A stretch of 64,000 bases of DNA, taken from positions 19,153 through 83,152 of the forward strand of contig JBBRLI010000014.1 of NCBI GenBank assembly GCA_038231455.1, in the 5' to 3' direction. The translations under genes were made by a program, and so were the position numbers. Position 1 is the first letter of the stretch; each line of letters starts with the position of its first letter. Under the pieces are notes generated by a model. That model worked only from the letters and a program-made list of their open reading frames with translations, was not told the DNA's origin and ran no database searches. Below are positions 1 through 9,151 of the stretch, piece by piece. The stretch is from Vulcanimicrobiales bacterium (GTDB taxonomy: Bacteria > Vulcanimicrobiota > Vulcanimicrobiia > Vulcanimicrobiales > Vulcanimicrobiaceae).

Positions 1-789
1 CTCTCGCAAGAGAAAAGTCTGCGCAAGGCGCTCGAGCGCAATGAGTTCGTCGTATACTATCAGCCGCAAATCGACATCCCCACGCGCCGAATCGTTGCCG
101 TCGAAGCGCTGGTGCGCTGGAATCATCCCCGCCTGGGCTTGGTGTTGCCGGATCAATTCATTCCCAGTGCGGAACTCTCCGGACTTATCGTTGCCCTCGG
201 TGATTGGGTTACCGAAACGGCCTGCCGCGATGTCGCACGTTGGTGCCAGCGGACCGGCGAGACACTCAAAGTCGCGGTCAATCTCTCCGCGCGACAATTC
301 CATCAAACACATCTCGCGCACAAGATTAGCGATATCATCTCGCGCACCGGCTTGCCGCACGCCGCTCTCGAAATCGAAATCACCGAGAGCGTTGCAATGA
401 ACGACGCCGAGCAAACGCGTACGATCATGGCGGAACTCCAGCGCGCCGGTGTTGGGATCTCGGTCGACGACTTTGGGACCGGCTACAGTTCGCTTGGCTA
501 CTTGCGCCGTTTTCCGCTCGATGCGATCAAGATCGACAAATCGTTTGTTCGTGATATTCTGACCGAACCGGACGACGCGACGATCGTGCGAACCGTCATC
601 GGCATGGCACATAGTCTCGGTCTCGAGGTCGTCGCCGAAGGCGTTGAAACCGAAGAGCAGCTCACGTTCCTGGCCGGGCAAGGCTGCGACCGCGCCCAAG
701 GGTATCTCTTCTCGAAGGCCGTCCCCGCACAAACGATCTTTGACGTCGACCGCGTCCTGCAGCTCGGCGGGATCGTCTCGAGGGGATAG
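1..789 (+). CDS. EAL-domain c-di-GMP phosphodiesterase, 5'-truncated by the window edge
   Basis: Frame open from position 1 (LSQEKSLRKALERNEFVVYYQPQ); motifs EAL, EITE, DDFGTGYSS, KIDKSF, AEGVE, QGY. Confidence 0.92.
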   Translation, partial: LSQEKSLRKALERNEFVVYYQPQIDIPTRRIVAVEALVRWNHPRLGLVLPDQFIPSAELSGLIVALGDWVTETACRDVARWCQRTGETLKVAVNLSARQFHQTHLAHKISDIISRTGLPHAALEIEITESVAMNDAEQTRTIMAELQRAGVGISVDDFGTGYSSLGYLRRFPLDAIKIDKSFVRDILTEPDDATIVRTVIGMAHSLGLEVVAEGVETEEQLTFLAGQGCDRAQGYLFSKAVPAQTIFDVDRVLQLGGIVSRG

Positions 790-832
790 GCGCAACGCTT
801 CATCCCGAATTGGGGTAGAACAAGGCGTGACC

Positions 833-2107
833 ATGTTGACGAGAGCCGGGCTCGATCGGGACGCACTCGCTCGGAGCTATCGCGAAAACCGTGCGCGCAC
901 AGCGCAAATCTTCCGGTCGTTCATTGCCTCCGATGCCTACGAAAATCGGCCGATCGTGCTGCGCCATCCCTTCGTGTTTTACGACGGACATATTCCCGCG
1001 TTCACGTATAATAAGCTCATCAAAGAAGCGCTCGGGAAGCCGGCACTCAACGCAGACTTTGAAGTACTCTTCGAACGTGGGATCGATCCGGCCAGCGTCG
1101 ATGAGGCGCAAAAGCACGCGAAGAGCGCCTGGCCCGACCGCGCGGACATCGAAGCGTATGGAAGCGCCGTCGAGAGCGCCGTCTATGCGGCGCTCGCAAG
1201 CGCGACGCTTGAGGATTCGGCGAATCCCTACCTCAACCGCGCCCAAGCCGTATTCAATATTATCGAGCACGAGCAGATGCACCACGAAACGCTGCTGTAT
1301 ATCGTAAATCAACTCGACGATGCGCACAAAACGGCACCGCCGGGGATCGTTCATCACGATTCGGGCGCGCCCGTGCCAAGCGAACCGATCGAAATCGCGG
1401 CCGGACGCGCGACGCTCGGTGCGAAGCGCGATGCGATTCCCTTCGGATGGGATAACGAATTCGACGAGCACGTCTGCGAGGTCGGGCGCTTCGCAATCGA
1501 CCGCCACAACCTCACGAATGCGGAGTATTTGCGCTTCGTCAAGGATGGCGGCCCGATCCCCGCGTTTTGGGTCGAACGTGAGGGAGCGTGGATGCTGCGC
1601 ACCGTGTTCGAAACGATTCCGCTCCCGCTCTCGTGGCCCGTGTATACCTCAAACGACGCCGCCGCCGCATTCGCGCGCTGGAGCAACGCACGGCTGATGA
1701 CCGAGGCCGAATATCACCGCGCGGCTTTCGGAACGCCGGGCGGCGAAGAGCGCAAACACCCGTGGGGTGACGCCGTACCGACGAGTGCCCACGGGAACTT
1801 CGGTTTCAAACGCTTCGACCCCGAACCCATCGGTTCGTCGCCGGCGGGCGCGAGTTCATGGGGTGTCCACGATCTGATCGGAAACGGATGGGAGTGGACG
1901 GCGACGCCGTTTGCACCGTTCGCCGGGTTCGAACCCATGGCAACGTACCAGCCGTACTCGCAAGAGTTCTTCGACGACAAACATTTCGTTTTGAAAGGCG
2001 CGGCGCCAGTCACGCACGCGGACCTCGTGCGCCGCAGTCTGCGTAACTGGTTCTACCGCGACTATCCGTATATGTTCGCGACGTTTCGTCGCGTCTACGA
2101 CCGCTAG
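833..2107 (+). CDS. EgtB/OvoA-like non-heme iron sulfoxide synthase (DinB-like + FGE-sulfatase domains)
   Basis: RHPFVFYDGH and HEQMHHE metal-binding motifs; FGE motifs RLMTEAEY, GNGWEW, RNWF; ATG at 833 chosen over the ORF-track TTG at 644. Confidence 0.8.
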   Translation: MLTRAGLDRDALARSYRENRARTAQIFRSFIASDAYENRPIVLRHPFVFYDGHIPAFTYNKLIKEALGKPALNADFEVLFERGIDPASVDEAQKHAKSAWPDRADIEAYGSAVESAVYAALASATLEDSANPYLNRAQAVFNIIEHEQMHHETLLYIVNQLDDAHKTAPPGIVHHDSGAPVPSEPIEIAAGRATLGAKRDAIPFGWDNEFDEHVCEVGRFAIDRHNLTNAEYLRFVKDGGPIPAFWVEREGAWMLRTVFETIPLPLSWPVYTSNDAAAAFARWSNARLMTEAEYHRAAFGTPGGEERKHPWGDAVPTSAHGNFGFKRFDPEPIGSSPAGASSWGVHDLIGNGWEWTATPFAPFAGFEPMATYQPYSQEFFDDKHFVLKGAAPVTHADLVRRSLRNWFYRDYPYMFATFRRVYDR

Positions 2108-3366
2108 AGGATCTTGGGCTCGTAGCCCGCGCGCTCGGAGATTTTCTGACCGTTGATCACTGCGGTGGCCGCGGCCGGATCGGCATCAAGACACGATCCG
2201 GGGCCGGAGTTACCCGAGACTTGCGCGACAACATCAAACATAAAGCCCGTCTTCGCTTGCCGTTTGCGGCTCACGATCGAGCCGGCGTATTCGTCCTGCA
2301 CGCACTGGTGATCGCAGCCGCGCCACGTCGCCTTATTTTCTTTTGCCGCATCGAATGTATGGTCCGCAAACGCTTTGACAAGCGCATCGGCTTTGGTCGT
2401 CCCGGCGGTCTGCATGCGGTCGATCAGCTGCATCGTGCAAATGTAGCCAAAATAGTGACGGGATGAAACGCCCTCGCCGCCGGTATATTTCTCGAGCGTG
2501 CGCGCGAGTTTCTGCGCGCTATCGGAAACCGTCGGCGTCCAGTGAATCGCGAAGGTCGCGCCGACGAGTTCGTCTTGCGGGATGCTCTTCCAGTAGTAAT
2601 CCTCGAGGTTGAGGCCGCCGAGGTGCATCTTCTTATGCAAGCCGAAGTCGACGAATTGTTTTGCCGTCTTCGCTGAGTCGAAACCGCCTTGGCAGAGCAC
2701 CAGCACGTCGGCCTCGGTGTTGCGCATTTTGGTGAGCGCTGAAGAATAATCTTCCGTGCCGAGCTTTAAAATATCGGCACCCATTTCGCTGCCGCCCGCG
2801 CGCTTGAGGAGTGCTGAGAGACGTGCGTAACCGTCTTTGCCGTACGCGAAATCGTCGACGATGAAGTACCACTTCTTCCCCATCGAAAGAATTCGCTGCG
2901 CGAGTGCGCGAATCTGCATCTGAACGTTGGGGGCAAACCGATACGCGACGCGGTTCGCTTTTTCACCCGTGATGCTCGTATCTTGTCCACCAATGTCGAG
3001 CAAGAACACGCCGCTTTCTTGCGCGAGCGGTCCGAGCGCCAGCGCCACAGCTGAGGACGTTCCCGCCATCAACACGTCGACGTTCTCCTGGCCAATGAGC
3101 CGTCGACCTTCAGTCGAACCGACGGCGGGCTTGGACGTGTCGTCGCCGCTGGCAAGCTCGAACTTGGTACGGCCGCGTTTATTCGCCTCAGCGATCGCCG
3201 CCATCACACCGACGCGGTGGTGCGCACCAATATCCGAGAGCGGACCGGAGAACGAATCGACGTAGCCAATCTTCACGACGGCGTTTGCCGCCCGCAGCGA
3301 AGTTGGAAACGCCGTGGCTGCACTGAGCGCAGCGGCGGAAGACACGAACGTAGAGCGACGCATCAA
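2104..3366 (-). CDS. Branched-chain-amino-acid-type ABC substrate-binding protein with Tat-like signal; possibly binds aromatic acids
   Basis: RRSTFV twin-arginine signal; VKIG..SFSGP, DDTSKP, DFAYG (LivJ-like class I SBP); adjacent to aromatic-CoA genes. Confidence 0.85.
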   Translation of the reverse strand: MMRRSTFVSSAAALSAATAFPTSLRAANAVVKIGYVDSFSGPLSDIGAHHRVGVMAAIAEANKRGRTKFELASGDDTSKPAVGSTEGRRLIGQENVDVLMAGTSSAVALALGPLAQESGVFLLDIGGQDTSITGEKANRVAYRFAPNVQMQIRALAQRILSMGKKWYFIVDDFAYGKDGYARLSALLKRAGGSEMGADILKLGTEDYSSALTKMRNTEADVLVLCQGGFDSAKTAKQFVDFGLHKKMHLGGLNLEDYYWKSIPQDELVGATFAIHWTPTVSDSAQKLARTLEKYTGGEGVSSRHYFGYICTMQLIDRMQTAGTTKADALVKAFADHTFDAAKENKATWRGCDHQCVQDEYAGSIVSRKRQAKTGFMFDVVAQVSGNSGPGSCLDADPAAATAVINGQKISERAGYEPKIL

Positions 3367-3420
3367 AGATATGCCTCCGTAAGGTCCGTCGCAAGTGACG
3401 GACGCGGTTGTTGGGCCATG

Positions 3421-4338
3421 CTAGACCTGCACATGCACGCTGTCAAGGGTTGTAAGGACGGGGTCGAGCAACGTATCGAAGGGGTTTGGACGACCGCGAT
3501 CGAGCGGCGCACGATCGGGCGCAGACACGAAGATCGTTTCAAAAAACCGTAATGCCTGCGGTTTGACCGCCTCGTAGTAGTCGCGGAAGAGACGGCTCGC
3601 GCGCGCCGCTGGCCAATCCGTGGGCAAGAGCGCAAGCGGCAATCCCGGGTCGAGATAGATGAAGCGGCGATAGTCGTGCACGACCCACTCGCGCTCGACG
3701 AATGCATGCGAATCGCTTGGTATTTGCGCGCGGATCGCTGCAAGACGCGGTTCGTAGGCGTCGATGAACTCGCGGTAATCGTGCGCGATTCGATCGAGAT
3801 CCCAGCACGAGGCGATCAACTCGCGATCGCCTTTGGGTCCGCGGCTCACGGCTAAGAACAGATCGACGTAGTCCTCACACTCGCTTGCGCGTGCGGCGTC
3901 GCGAGCGGCATCGAGCACATCGCGCGGCGAAATCCAAAGCGCGGTGCCGAGCGGCGCAAAGCCGAGTACGGTGAGGTCTTTGCGCAAGCGGTCGCGGCCG
4001 TCGCGTTTACTCTCGGGAATGGTGTAAACGAGCATCCGCCAGCGGCCATCCCAGGCCGCGTCGGGAGGCAAATAAATGCGCGGGCTTACACGGTCGACAC
4101 GGCTCGAGCCGCGCTCCGTCATCGCATAGTACGAGCGCGTACCGACTTTGCGCGCCCCGATCCAGCCCTGGCGGGACATGCGGGAAACGGCTTGGCGAAC
4201 GGCGGCTTCGGAGAGGCCAAATTCCGCCATCAGGCGCCCAAGGCTCCCAATCCAAATTTCGCCGCCGTAATAGCGCACAAGATCGCCCATGAGCGTGTAG
4301 ATGAACGAGGTCGGCCTCGTAATTTCGCGACTCGGCAC
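3421..4338 (-). CDS. paaX: PaaX-family transcriptional regulator
   Basis: IYTLMGD..GGEIWIGSL, VRQAVSRM, WDGRW, DPGLP.ALLP.DWP motifs. Confidence 0.9.
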   Translation of the reverse strand: MPSREITRPTSFIYTLMGDLVRYYGGEIWIGSLGRLMAEFGLSEAAVRQAVSRMSRQGWIGARKVGTRSYYAMTERGSSRVDRVSPRIYLPPDAAWDGRWRMLVYTIPESKRDGRDRLRKDLTVLGFAPLGTALWISPRDVLDAARDAARASECEDYVDLFLAVSRGPKGDRELIASCWDLDRIAHDYREFIDAYEPRLAAIRAQIPSDSHAFVEREWVVHDYRRFIYLDPGLPLALLPTDWPAARASRLFRDYYEAVKPQALRFFETIFVSAPDRAPLDRGRPNPFDTLLDPVLTTLDSVHVQV

Positions 4339-4353
4339 GGTTGCTCTCCGTCC

Positions 4354-4382
4354 TTGACACCGATCTTCGGACCCTCTAGTAT
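4354..4382 (+). promoter_or_regulatory. Sigma70-type promoter of the boxB-like operon
   Basis: TTGACA (4354-4359) N17 TAGTAT (4377-4382). Confidence 0.7.
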
Positions 4383-4418
4383 GACACTTATATCACGAAC
4401 TGCCTTAAAAGTGTTATA
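4380..4418. promoter_or_regulatory. Inverted repeat, candidate PaaX operator
   Basis: TATGACACTT-N19-AAGTGTTATA (9/10 match) overlapping the -10 and transcription start, between divergent paaX and boxB-like genes. Confidence 0.55.
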
Positions 4419-4430
4419 GGGAGCGTCGCA

Positions 4431-5561
4431 ATGGCCCGGATTTCAACCTTCGCCGATTGGATCGATCTGCTCGAAGAGTGGCGCACGGACATCGGCGTGG
4501 ACCGGAGCCTAGTCGAGCGTTTTTTGCCCGGCTATGCATTCGAGGCCAAGTACGGCGAGCTGCCCTCAAGCGAAATCGCCTTTGGCGACTACGCGGGGGA
4601 CCGCAAGTGGGACCGCATCATCGACGTCCCCGATCAGCGCATGCGCGATGCCCTCATGAGCATGATCGTCTTCCAAGGCGATACCGAATTCGCAAGCAAC
4701 GAGCAGCAGCGGTCCCTTGTGAACAACGCTCCCAGCGACTATGATTTGGGCGCGCTCGTGCGGATCATGGCCGAAGAGACACGTCACGGCTATCAGATGT
4801 GCCACTTGCTCATCTCGCACTTTGGCTCCGATGGCAAAATCGAAGCCCAGAAGTTGCTCGAACGACGCGCCTACGACAAAAAAAATCGGCTGCTAAACGC
4901 CTTCAACAATGACGTCACGCACTGGCTCGATTTCTTCGCCTACACCAACTTCATGGACCGCGACGGAAAGTTCCAGCTCACGATGCTCTCGCACTCCGCA
5001 TTTGCGCCCCTCGCGCAGTCGACGTTGCCGATGCTCAAAGAAGAGTCGTTCCACATGGGCACCGGACTCTCTGGTTTGCGCCGCATTGCTGCAGCCGGCG
5101 TGATTCCCGTAGCGATCCAGCAAAAATACTACAACAAATGGATTTCGGGTTCGCTCGATCTTTTCGGCACGGATCACTCGAGTTCGGCGCAGTGGGCGTA
5201 CACGTGGGGCATCAAAGGCCGCGTCGATGAAGACAAGACGCCCGGTCCCGTCGATCGCGAACTGCTCAACGAACGCGCACGCGAACAATTTTACGTCGAG
5301 ATCGGCAAGACGGTCGATCGCGTCAACGCCGTCAACGTCGGCGAACCGCTCACCGTCCCGGACATGCGCTTTAACCGCAAGATCGGCGCGAGCGCGAGCA
5401 AACACGTTCGCACCGAGGGCCGCGAGCTGAGCCCCGCCGAGTGGGAGACCTACAAAGCAAGCGCGCTCCCGAGCGAGGCAGACGAGACGGTGCTCGCCGA
5501 GTACTTTAAAAACCCAGATTGGATCGCGCCCAAAGGCCGTCAAGACGGCGAAGCCGCGTAA
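4431..5561 (+). CDS. boxB: BoxB-like diiron aryl-CoA epoxidase subunit (PaaA/PaaC/BoxB family), short form
   Basis: QGDTEFASNEQQR, AEETRH, DRDGKFQL, EESFH diiron ligand motifs; LDLFG. Confidence 0.75.
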   Translation: MARISTFADWIDLLEEWRTDIGVDRSLVERFLPGYAFEAKYGELPSSEIAFGDYAGDRKWDRIIDVPDQRMRDALMSMIVFQGDTEFASNEQQRSLVNNAPSDYDLGALVRIMAEETRHGYQMCHLLISHFGSDGKIEAQKLLERRAYDKKNRLLNAFNNDVTHWLDFFAYTNFMDRDGKFQLTMLSHSAFAPLAQSTLPMLKEESFHMGTGLSGLRRIAAAGVIPVAIQQKYYNKWISGSLDLFGTDHSSSAQWAYTWGIKGRVDEDKTPGPVDRELLNERAREQFYVEIGKTVDRVNAVNVGEPLTVPDMRFNRKIGASASKHVRTEGRELSPAEWETYKASALPSEADETVLAEYFKNPDWIAPKGRQDGEAA

Positions 5562-5587
5562 CTCTAGCGCAACCGGAGGGGACCCGC

Positions 5588-6439
5588 ATGGCCATTGAAA
5601 TCGAAGCTCAACCGACTCCGTTCGGACGCGTCGCCCGTCGACTCGACGGCAAGCGCGTCGTCAATTACGAAAAAATTGACAAAGTCGGAATGATCGAATT
5701 CGACGATCCGCCGGCCAATACGTACACGCATGAGATGATGCGCCAACTTGACGATGCGATTCTCGATGCGCGCATGGACATGGACGTGGAAGTCATCGTC
5801 CTCACCGGCAAAGGCGGCAAGTTCTTCTCGGCCGGTGCGAATATCGCGATGCTGGGCGACGTCTCGCCCGAATTCAAATACATGTTCTGCCTGCACGCAA
5901 ACGAGACGCTCTCGCGTTTGGAACAAACCCCAAAGCTCGTGATCGCCGCACTCAACGGACACACGGTCGGCGGCGGACTCGAGATCGCTATGGCGGCGGA
6001 CATCCGGATCGCGCGCAAAGACTCGGGCAAAGTCGGTCTTCCCGAAGTCGGGCTCGGCGTCTTACCCGGCACCGGCGGTACGCAGCGACTCGCTCGCATG
6101 GTCGGCAAAGCACGCGCGATCGAACTGATGATCTCCGGGCGCACGTTCAGCTTCGAACAAGCCGTCGAGTACGGCATCGTCAGCGACGTGTACGAAGGCA
6201 CGCCGGAAGAATTTCGCGCGCAGATCCTCACCTACGCAAAGCAATTCACCTCGCCCAACAAGGCGCCGCTTGCGGTTGGCATGATCAAGCGCAGCGTTCA
6301 GACCGGACTCGAACTGCCACTGAATGATGCACTCGCACTCGAACGCGAACTGCAAGCGCAGCTCTTTAAGAGCAGCGATGCGAAAGAAGGCATCGCCGCG
6401 TACGGCGACAAGCGCACCGCGCGGTTCACGAACCACTAG
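5588..6439 (+). CDS. Enoyl-CoA hydratase/isomerase (crotonase)
   Basis: FSAGANI, GGGLE, PEVGLGVLPGTGGTQRL; RBS GGAGG before ATG 5588. Confidence 0.92.
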   Translation: MAIEIEAQPTPFGRVARRLDGKRVVNYEKIDKVGMIEFDDPPANTYTHEMMRQLDDAILDARMDMDVEVIVLTGKGGKFFSAGANIAMLGDVSPEFKYMFCLHANETLSRLEQTPKLVIAALNGHTVGGGLEIAMAADIRIARKDSGKVGLPEVGLGVLPGTGGTQRLARMVGKARAIELMISGRTFSFEQAVEYGIVSDVYEGTPEEFRAQILTYAKQFTSPNKAPLAVGMIKRSVQTGLELPLNDALALERELQAQLFKSSDAKEGIAAYGDKRTARFTNH

Positions 6440-6447
6440 GTCCCCGC

Positions 6448-8010
6448 GTGGACGCCGTAGCGACTCGGGAAATGCGTGCGGCGGACACGCTCCCCGCGAC
6501 TTTCAATGCCGCGCACTGGTTTGTCGGCCGCCATATTGCCGAAGGGCGCGCCGACTCCATTGCGATCCAGAGCGACGAGAGCACGACGACGTACGGCGAG
6601 CTCGATCGGCTCGTACGCGGCTTTGCAGCAGCTTTACTTGCACGAGGATTGCACCGCGGTGATCGCGTGGTTCTCGTTCTTCCGGATTCGCTTGCGTTTG
6701 CGGTTGCATTTTGGGGGACGCTTGCGGCCGGCGGCGTTGCGGTACCGGTCAATCCGCTCCTCACACCGCAGGACCATCGCGCGATCGTCGATGATTGCGA
6801 GGCGCGTACGCTCGTCTACGAACCCACGCAAACCGATCCTCTTGTCGCTTGCGACGGATGCGATCAGTTCAGCGCGATCGACGCACTTGCACTCGCGCGC
6901 TCCAGCGAACCGCTAACGGACTATACGCCGACGAACCGCGACGCCTTTGCCTTCTTCTTGTATTCGAGCGGCACCACGGGCGAACCCAAAGGCGTCGTGC
7001 ACTTGCATCACGACATGTGGGTGTGCGCGAAGACGTACGGCGAGTCGATCGTCCGCACGCAACCGGGCGATCGTGCATTCAGCATCGCCAAACTTTTCTT
7101 TGCTTACGGCCTTGGGAACGGTCTCTACTTCCCGCTTGCCGTCGGCGGAGCGTGCGTGCTTTATGCGGGACGTCCGACACCCGAATCGATCTTCGCGCAA
7201 GTTGCCGCGCATCGACCGACGCTCTTCTTCGGCGTGCCGACGGCGTACGCGCAGATGCTCGCGGCGATCGAAGCGGGCGCCGAAGCGGATTTTTCAAGCG
7301 TCCGCTTCTGCGCGAGCGCCGGTGAAGCGTTACCCGCGGGGATTTACCAGCGGTGGCTTGCAGTAACGGGATTAGAAATCGTCGACGGTATCGGCTCGAC
7401 CGAAATTCTCCATATCTTTCTCTCGAATGCCCCCGGCGCGTGCACGCCCGGGTCGAGCGGGCGGGCCGTTCCCGGTTACGATCTACGCATTGTCGACGAG
7501 GCCGGTACGGACGTCGAAGTCGGTGAGATCGGCGACCTCGTCGTGCGCGGCGATTCGACGATGGCGTTCTACTGGAATAAACACGAACGCACAAAAGCAA
7601 CGCTGAACGGCGATTGGATTCGCACGGGCGATAAATACCGCTGCGACGAGCACGGCGTGTATTGGCACGCCGGCCGCAGCGACGACATGCTCAAAGTCGG
7701 CGGGATTTGGGTCTCACCCGTTGAGGTGGAAGGCGCGCTTAGCGGTCACGACTTGGTCCTCGAATGCGCGGTCGTCGGTCGCGATGATGCCGACGGGCTA
7801 ACGAAACCGCATGCCTATGTCGTGTTGAAGACCGCGCATCACGATCACGCCGAAGTCGAGCGCGAACTCAAGGCGTTTGTGAAGTCGCGACTGGCGCCGT
7901 ACAAGTATCCGCGTTGGATCACCGTCGTCGAGACGCTCCCGAAAACGGCGACCGGCAAGACGCGCCGTTTCGTGTTACGCGAAAGCGTGGGGGCTGCAAG
8001 CGCGCCTTAG
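6448..8010 (+). CDS. Benzoate-CoA ligase family protein
   Basis: YSSGTTGEPKG, KLFFAYGLGN, SAGEALP, DGIGSTEILHIF, GRSDDMLKVGG, LPKTATGK. Confidence 0.9.
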   Translation: MDAVATREMRAADTLPATFNAAHWFVGRHIAEGRADSIAIQSDESTTTYGELDRLVRGFAAALLARGLHRGDRVVLVLPDSLAFAVAFWGTLAAGGVAVPVNPLLTPQDHRAIVDDCEARTLVYEPTQTDPLVACDGCDQFSAIDALALARSSEPLTDYTPTNRDAFAFFLYSSGTTGEPKGVVHLHHDMWVCAKTYGESIVRTQPGDRAFSIAKLFFAYGLGNGLYFPLAVGGACVLYAGRPTPESIFAQVAAHRPTLFFGVPTAYAQMLAAIEAGAEADFSSVRFCASAGEALPAGIYQRWLAVTGLEIVDGIGSTEILHIFLSNAPGACTPGSSGRAVPGYDLRIVDEAGTDVEVGEIGDLVVRGDSTMAFYWNKHERTKATLNGDWIRTGDKYRCDEHGVYWHAGRSDDMLKVGGIWVSPVEVEGALSGHDLVLECAVVGRDDADGLTKPHAYVVLKTAHHDHAEVERELKAFVKSRLAPYKYPRWITVVETLPKTATGKTRRFVLRESVGAASAP

Positions 8011-8609
8011 CGCACGCGAAACCCATCGGTTAAGGTGAGGACGCACGAGCGCGCAAGAGACTCGGCTGTGGCTAGATCCGGCGCGAGGCTCGCATCGGGG
8101 CCATCGAGGATGAGCGATGCGACACCGTGCACCATCGACCACGCGGCAAACGCAAGCGGAGCAATCGGACCGCCCACCATCACCCCAGCGACTTGTGCGG
8201 CTTCGATGCACGCGATGAGAACGCCGTACGAGTCATCGTCCGGTGTCGGCGGGTTCAAGCGCGCGCACAGTTCAGGTCGGAACATGATCCGAAATTCGGC
8301 CGCGTTCTGATACGCGAATCGAACGTAGGCGACACCGACTTCCTGGAACGCAAGCGTCGGATCCGTGGTCGTCGCGCGCGCCGCTCGAAGTTCCGCTGCG
8401 ATGCGCTCGAAGGCCGCATCGACGATCGCGCCGATCAGCGCGCCTTTGTCGCGAAAGTGGTTGTATGCCGCTGCGTGGCTCACACCGGCCCGACGCGACA
8501 CCTCGCGCAAGCTGAGACCCTCGGGGCCTGCCTCGGCAAGCACCGCGCGTGTCGTCGTCAGAAGCGCCGAGCGTAAGTCTCCATGGTGATACGACTTCGA
8601 TGTTGACAT
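8007..8609 (-). CDS. TetR-family regulator (WHG-type C-terminus)
   Basis: YHHGDLR, LSLREVSRRAGVSHAAAYNHF HTH, WSMVHG. Confidence 0.9.
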   Translation of the reverse strand: MSTSKSYHHGDLRSALLTTTRAVLAEAGPEGLSLREVSRRAGVSHAAAYNHFRDKGALIGAIVDAAFERIAAELRAARATTTDPTLAFQEVGVAYVRFAYQNAAEFRIMFRPELCARLNPPTPDDDSYGVLIACIEAAQVAGVMVGGPIAPLAFAAWSMVHGVASLILDGPDASLAPDLATAESLARSCVLTLTDGFRVR

Positions 8610-8641
8610 CGGTCATATTATAGCATATATTACCACTGTAA
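8603..8641. promoter_or_regulatory. Divergent promoters and candidate TetR operators
   Basis: + strand TTGACA (8603)-N17-TATATT (8626); - strand extended -10 TGCTATAAT (8625-8617) 7 nt before the tetR ATG; palindromes TGAC-N4-GTCA (8604-8615) and TTAC-N4-GTAA (8630-8641). Confidence 0.6.
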
Positions 8642-8668
8642 ACACCCTGGTCTCCAAGGAGCCTCCTG

Positions 8669-9151
8669 ATGTCCGAACCTTCGCTACCGCGCCGCGTGAT
8701 CGCATCGAATTCCAGCGACTTTGTGCTCTTCCGCATTGGGATGCGCTTCAACGGGCTGCGTGGTATCGGCCCGGCCCTCAAAACATTCGTACGGATGCCC
8801 AAGATGCTAGCCGAGCAGCAATCCAATCCCGCAATCGGTATGCTGTGGTCGACGACCTCATTGTCCTGGCCGGTCATCTCGATCACGCAGTATTGGCGCT
8901 CGTTCGAAGAGCTCGAACGCTACGCCCACGCCGATACGCACATCGACTCTTGGAAATGGTTCAACAAACTCGGTCGCAACAACGAAGGCACCGGGATCTG
9001 GCACGAAACCTATCGCATCAGCGCCGGCACCTACGAAGCGATTTACGCGAACATGCCGCTCTACGGGCTTGCAGCCGTCGCGGGAAGCGAAGCGATCTCT
9101 CCCGCAACGGCACGCGCCCGTGCGCGGATCGAGCGCGAGCCCGCCGCTTAG
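8669..9151 (+). CDS. DUF4188 (monooxygenase-like) protein
   Basis: FVLFRIGMRFN, QYWRSFEELERYA, GIWHETY, YEAIYANMP.YGL; RBS AAGGAG. Confidence 0.85.
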   Translation: MSEPSLPRRVIASNSSDFVLFRIGMRFNGLRGIGPALKTFVRMPKMLAEQQSNPAIGMLWSTTSLSWPVISITQYWRSFEELERYAHADTHIDSWKWFNKLGRNNEGTGIWHETYRISAGTYEAIYANMPLYGLAAVAGSEAISPATARARARIEREPAA

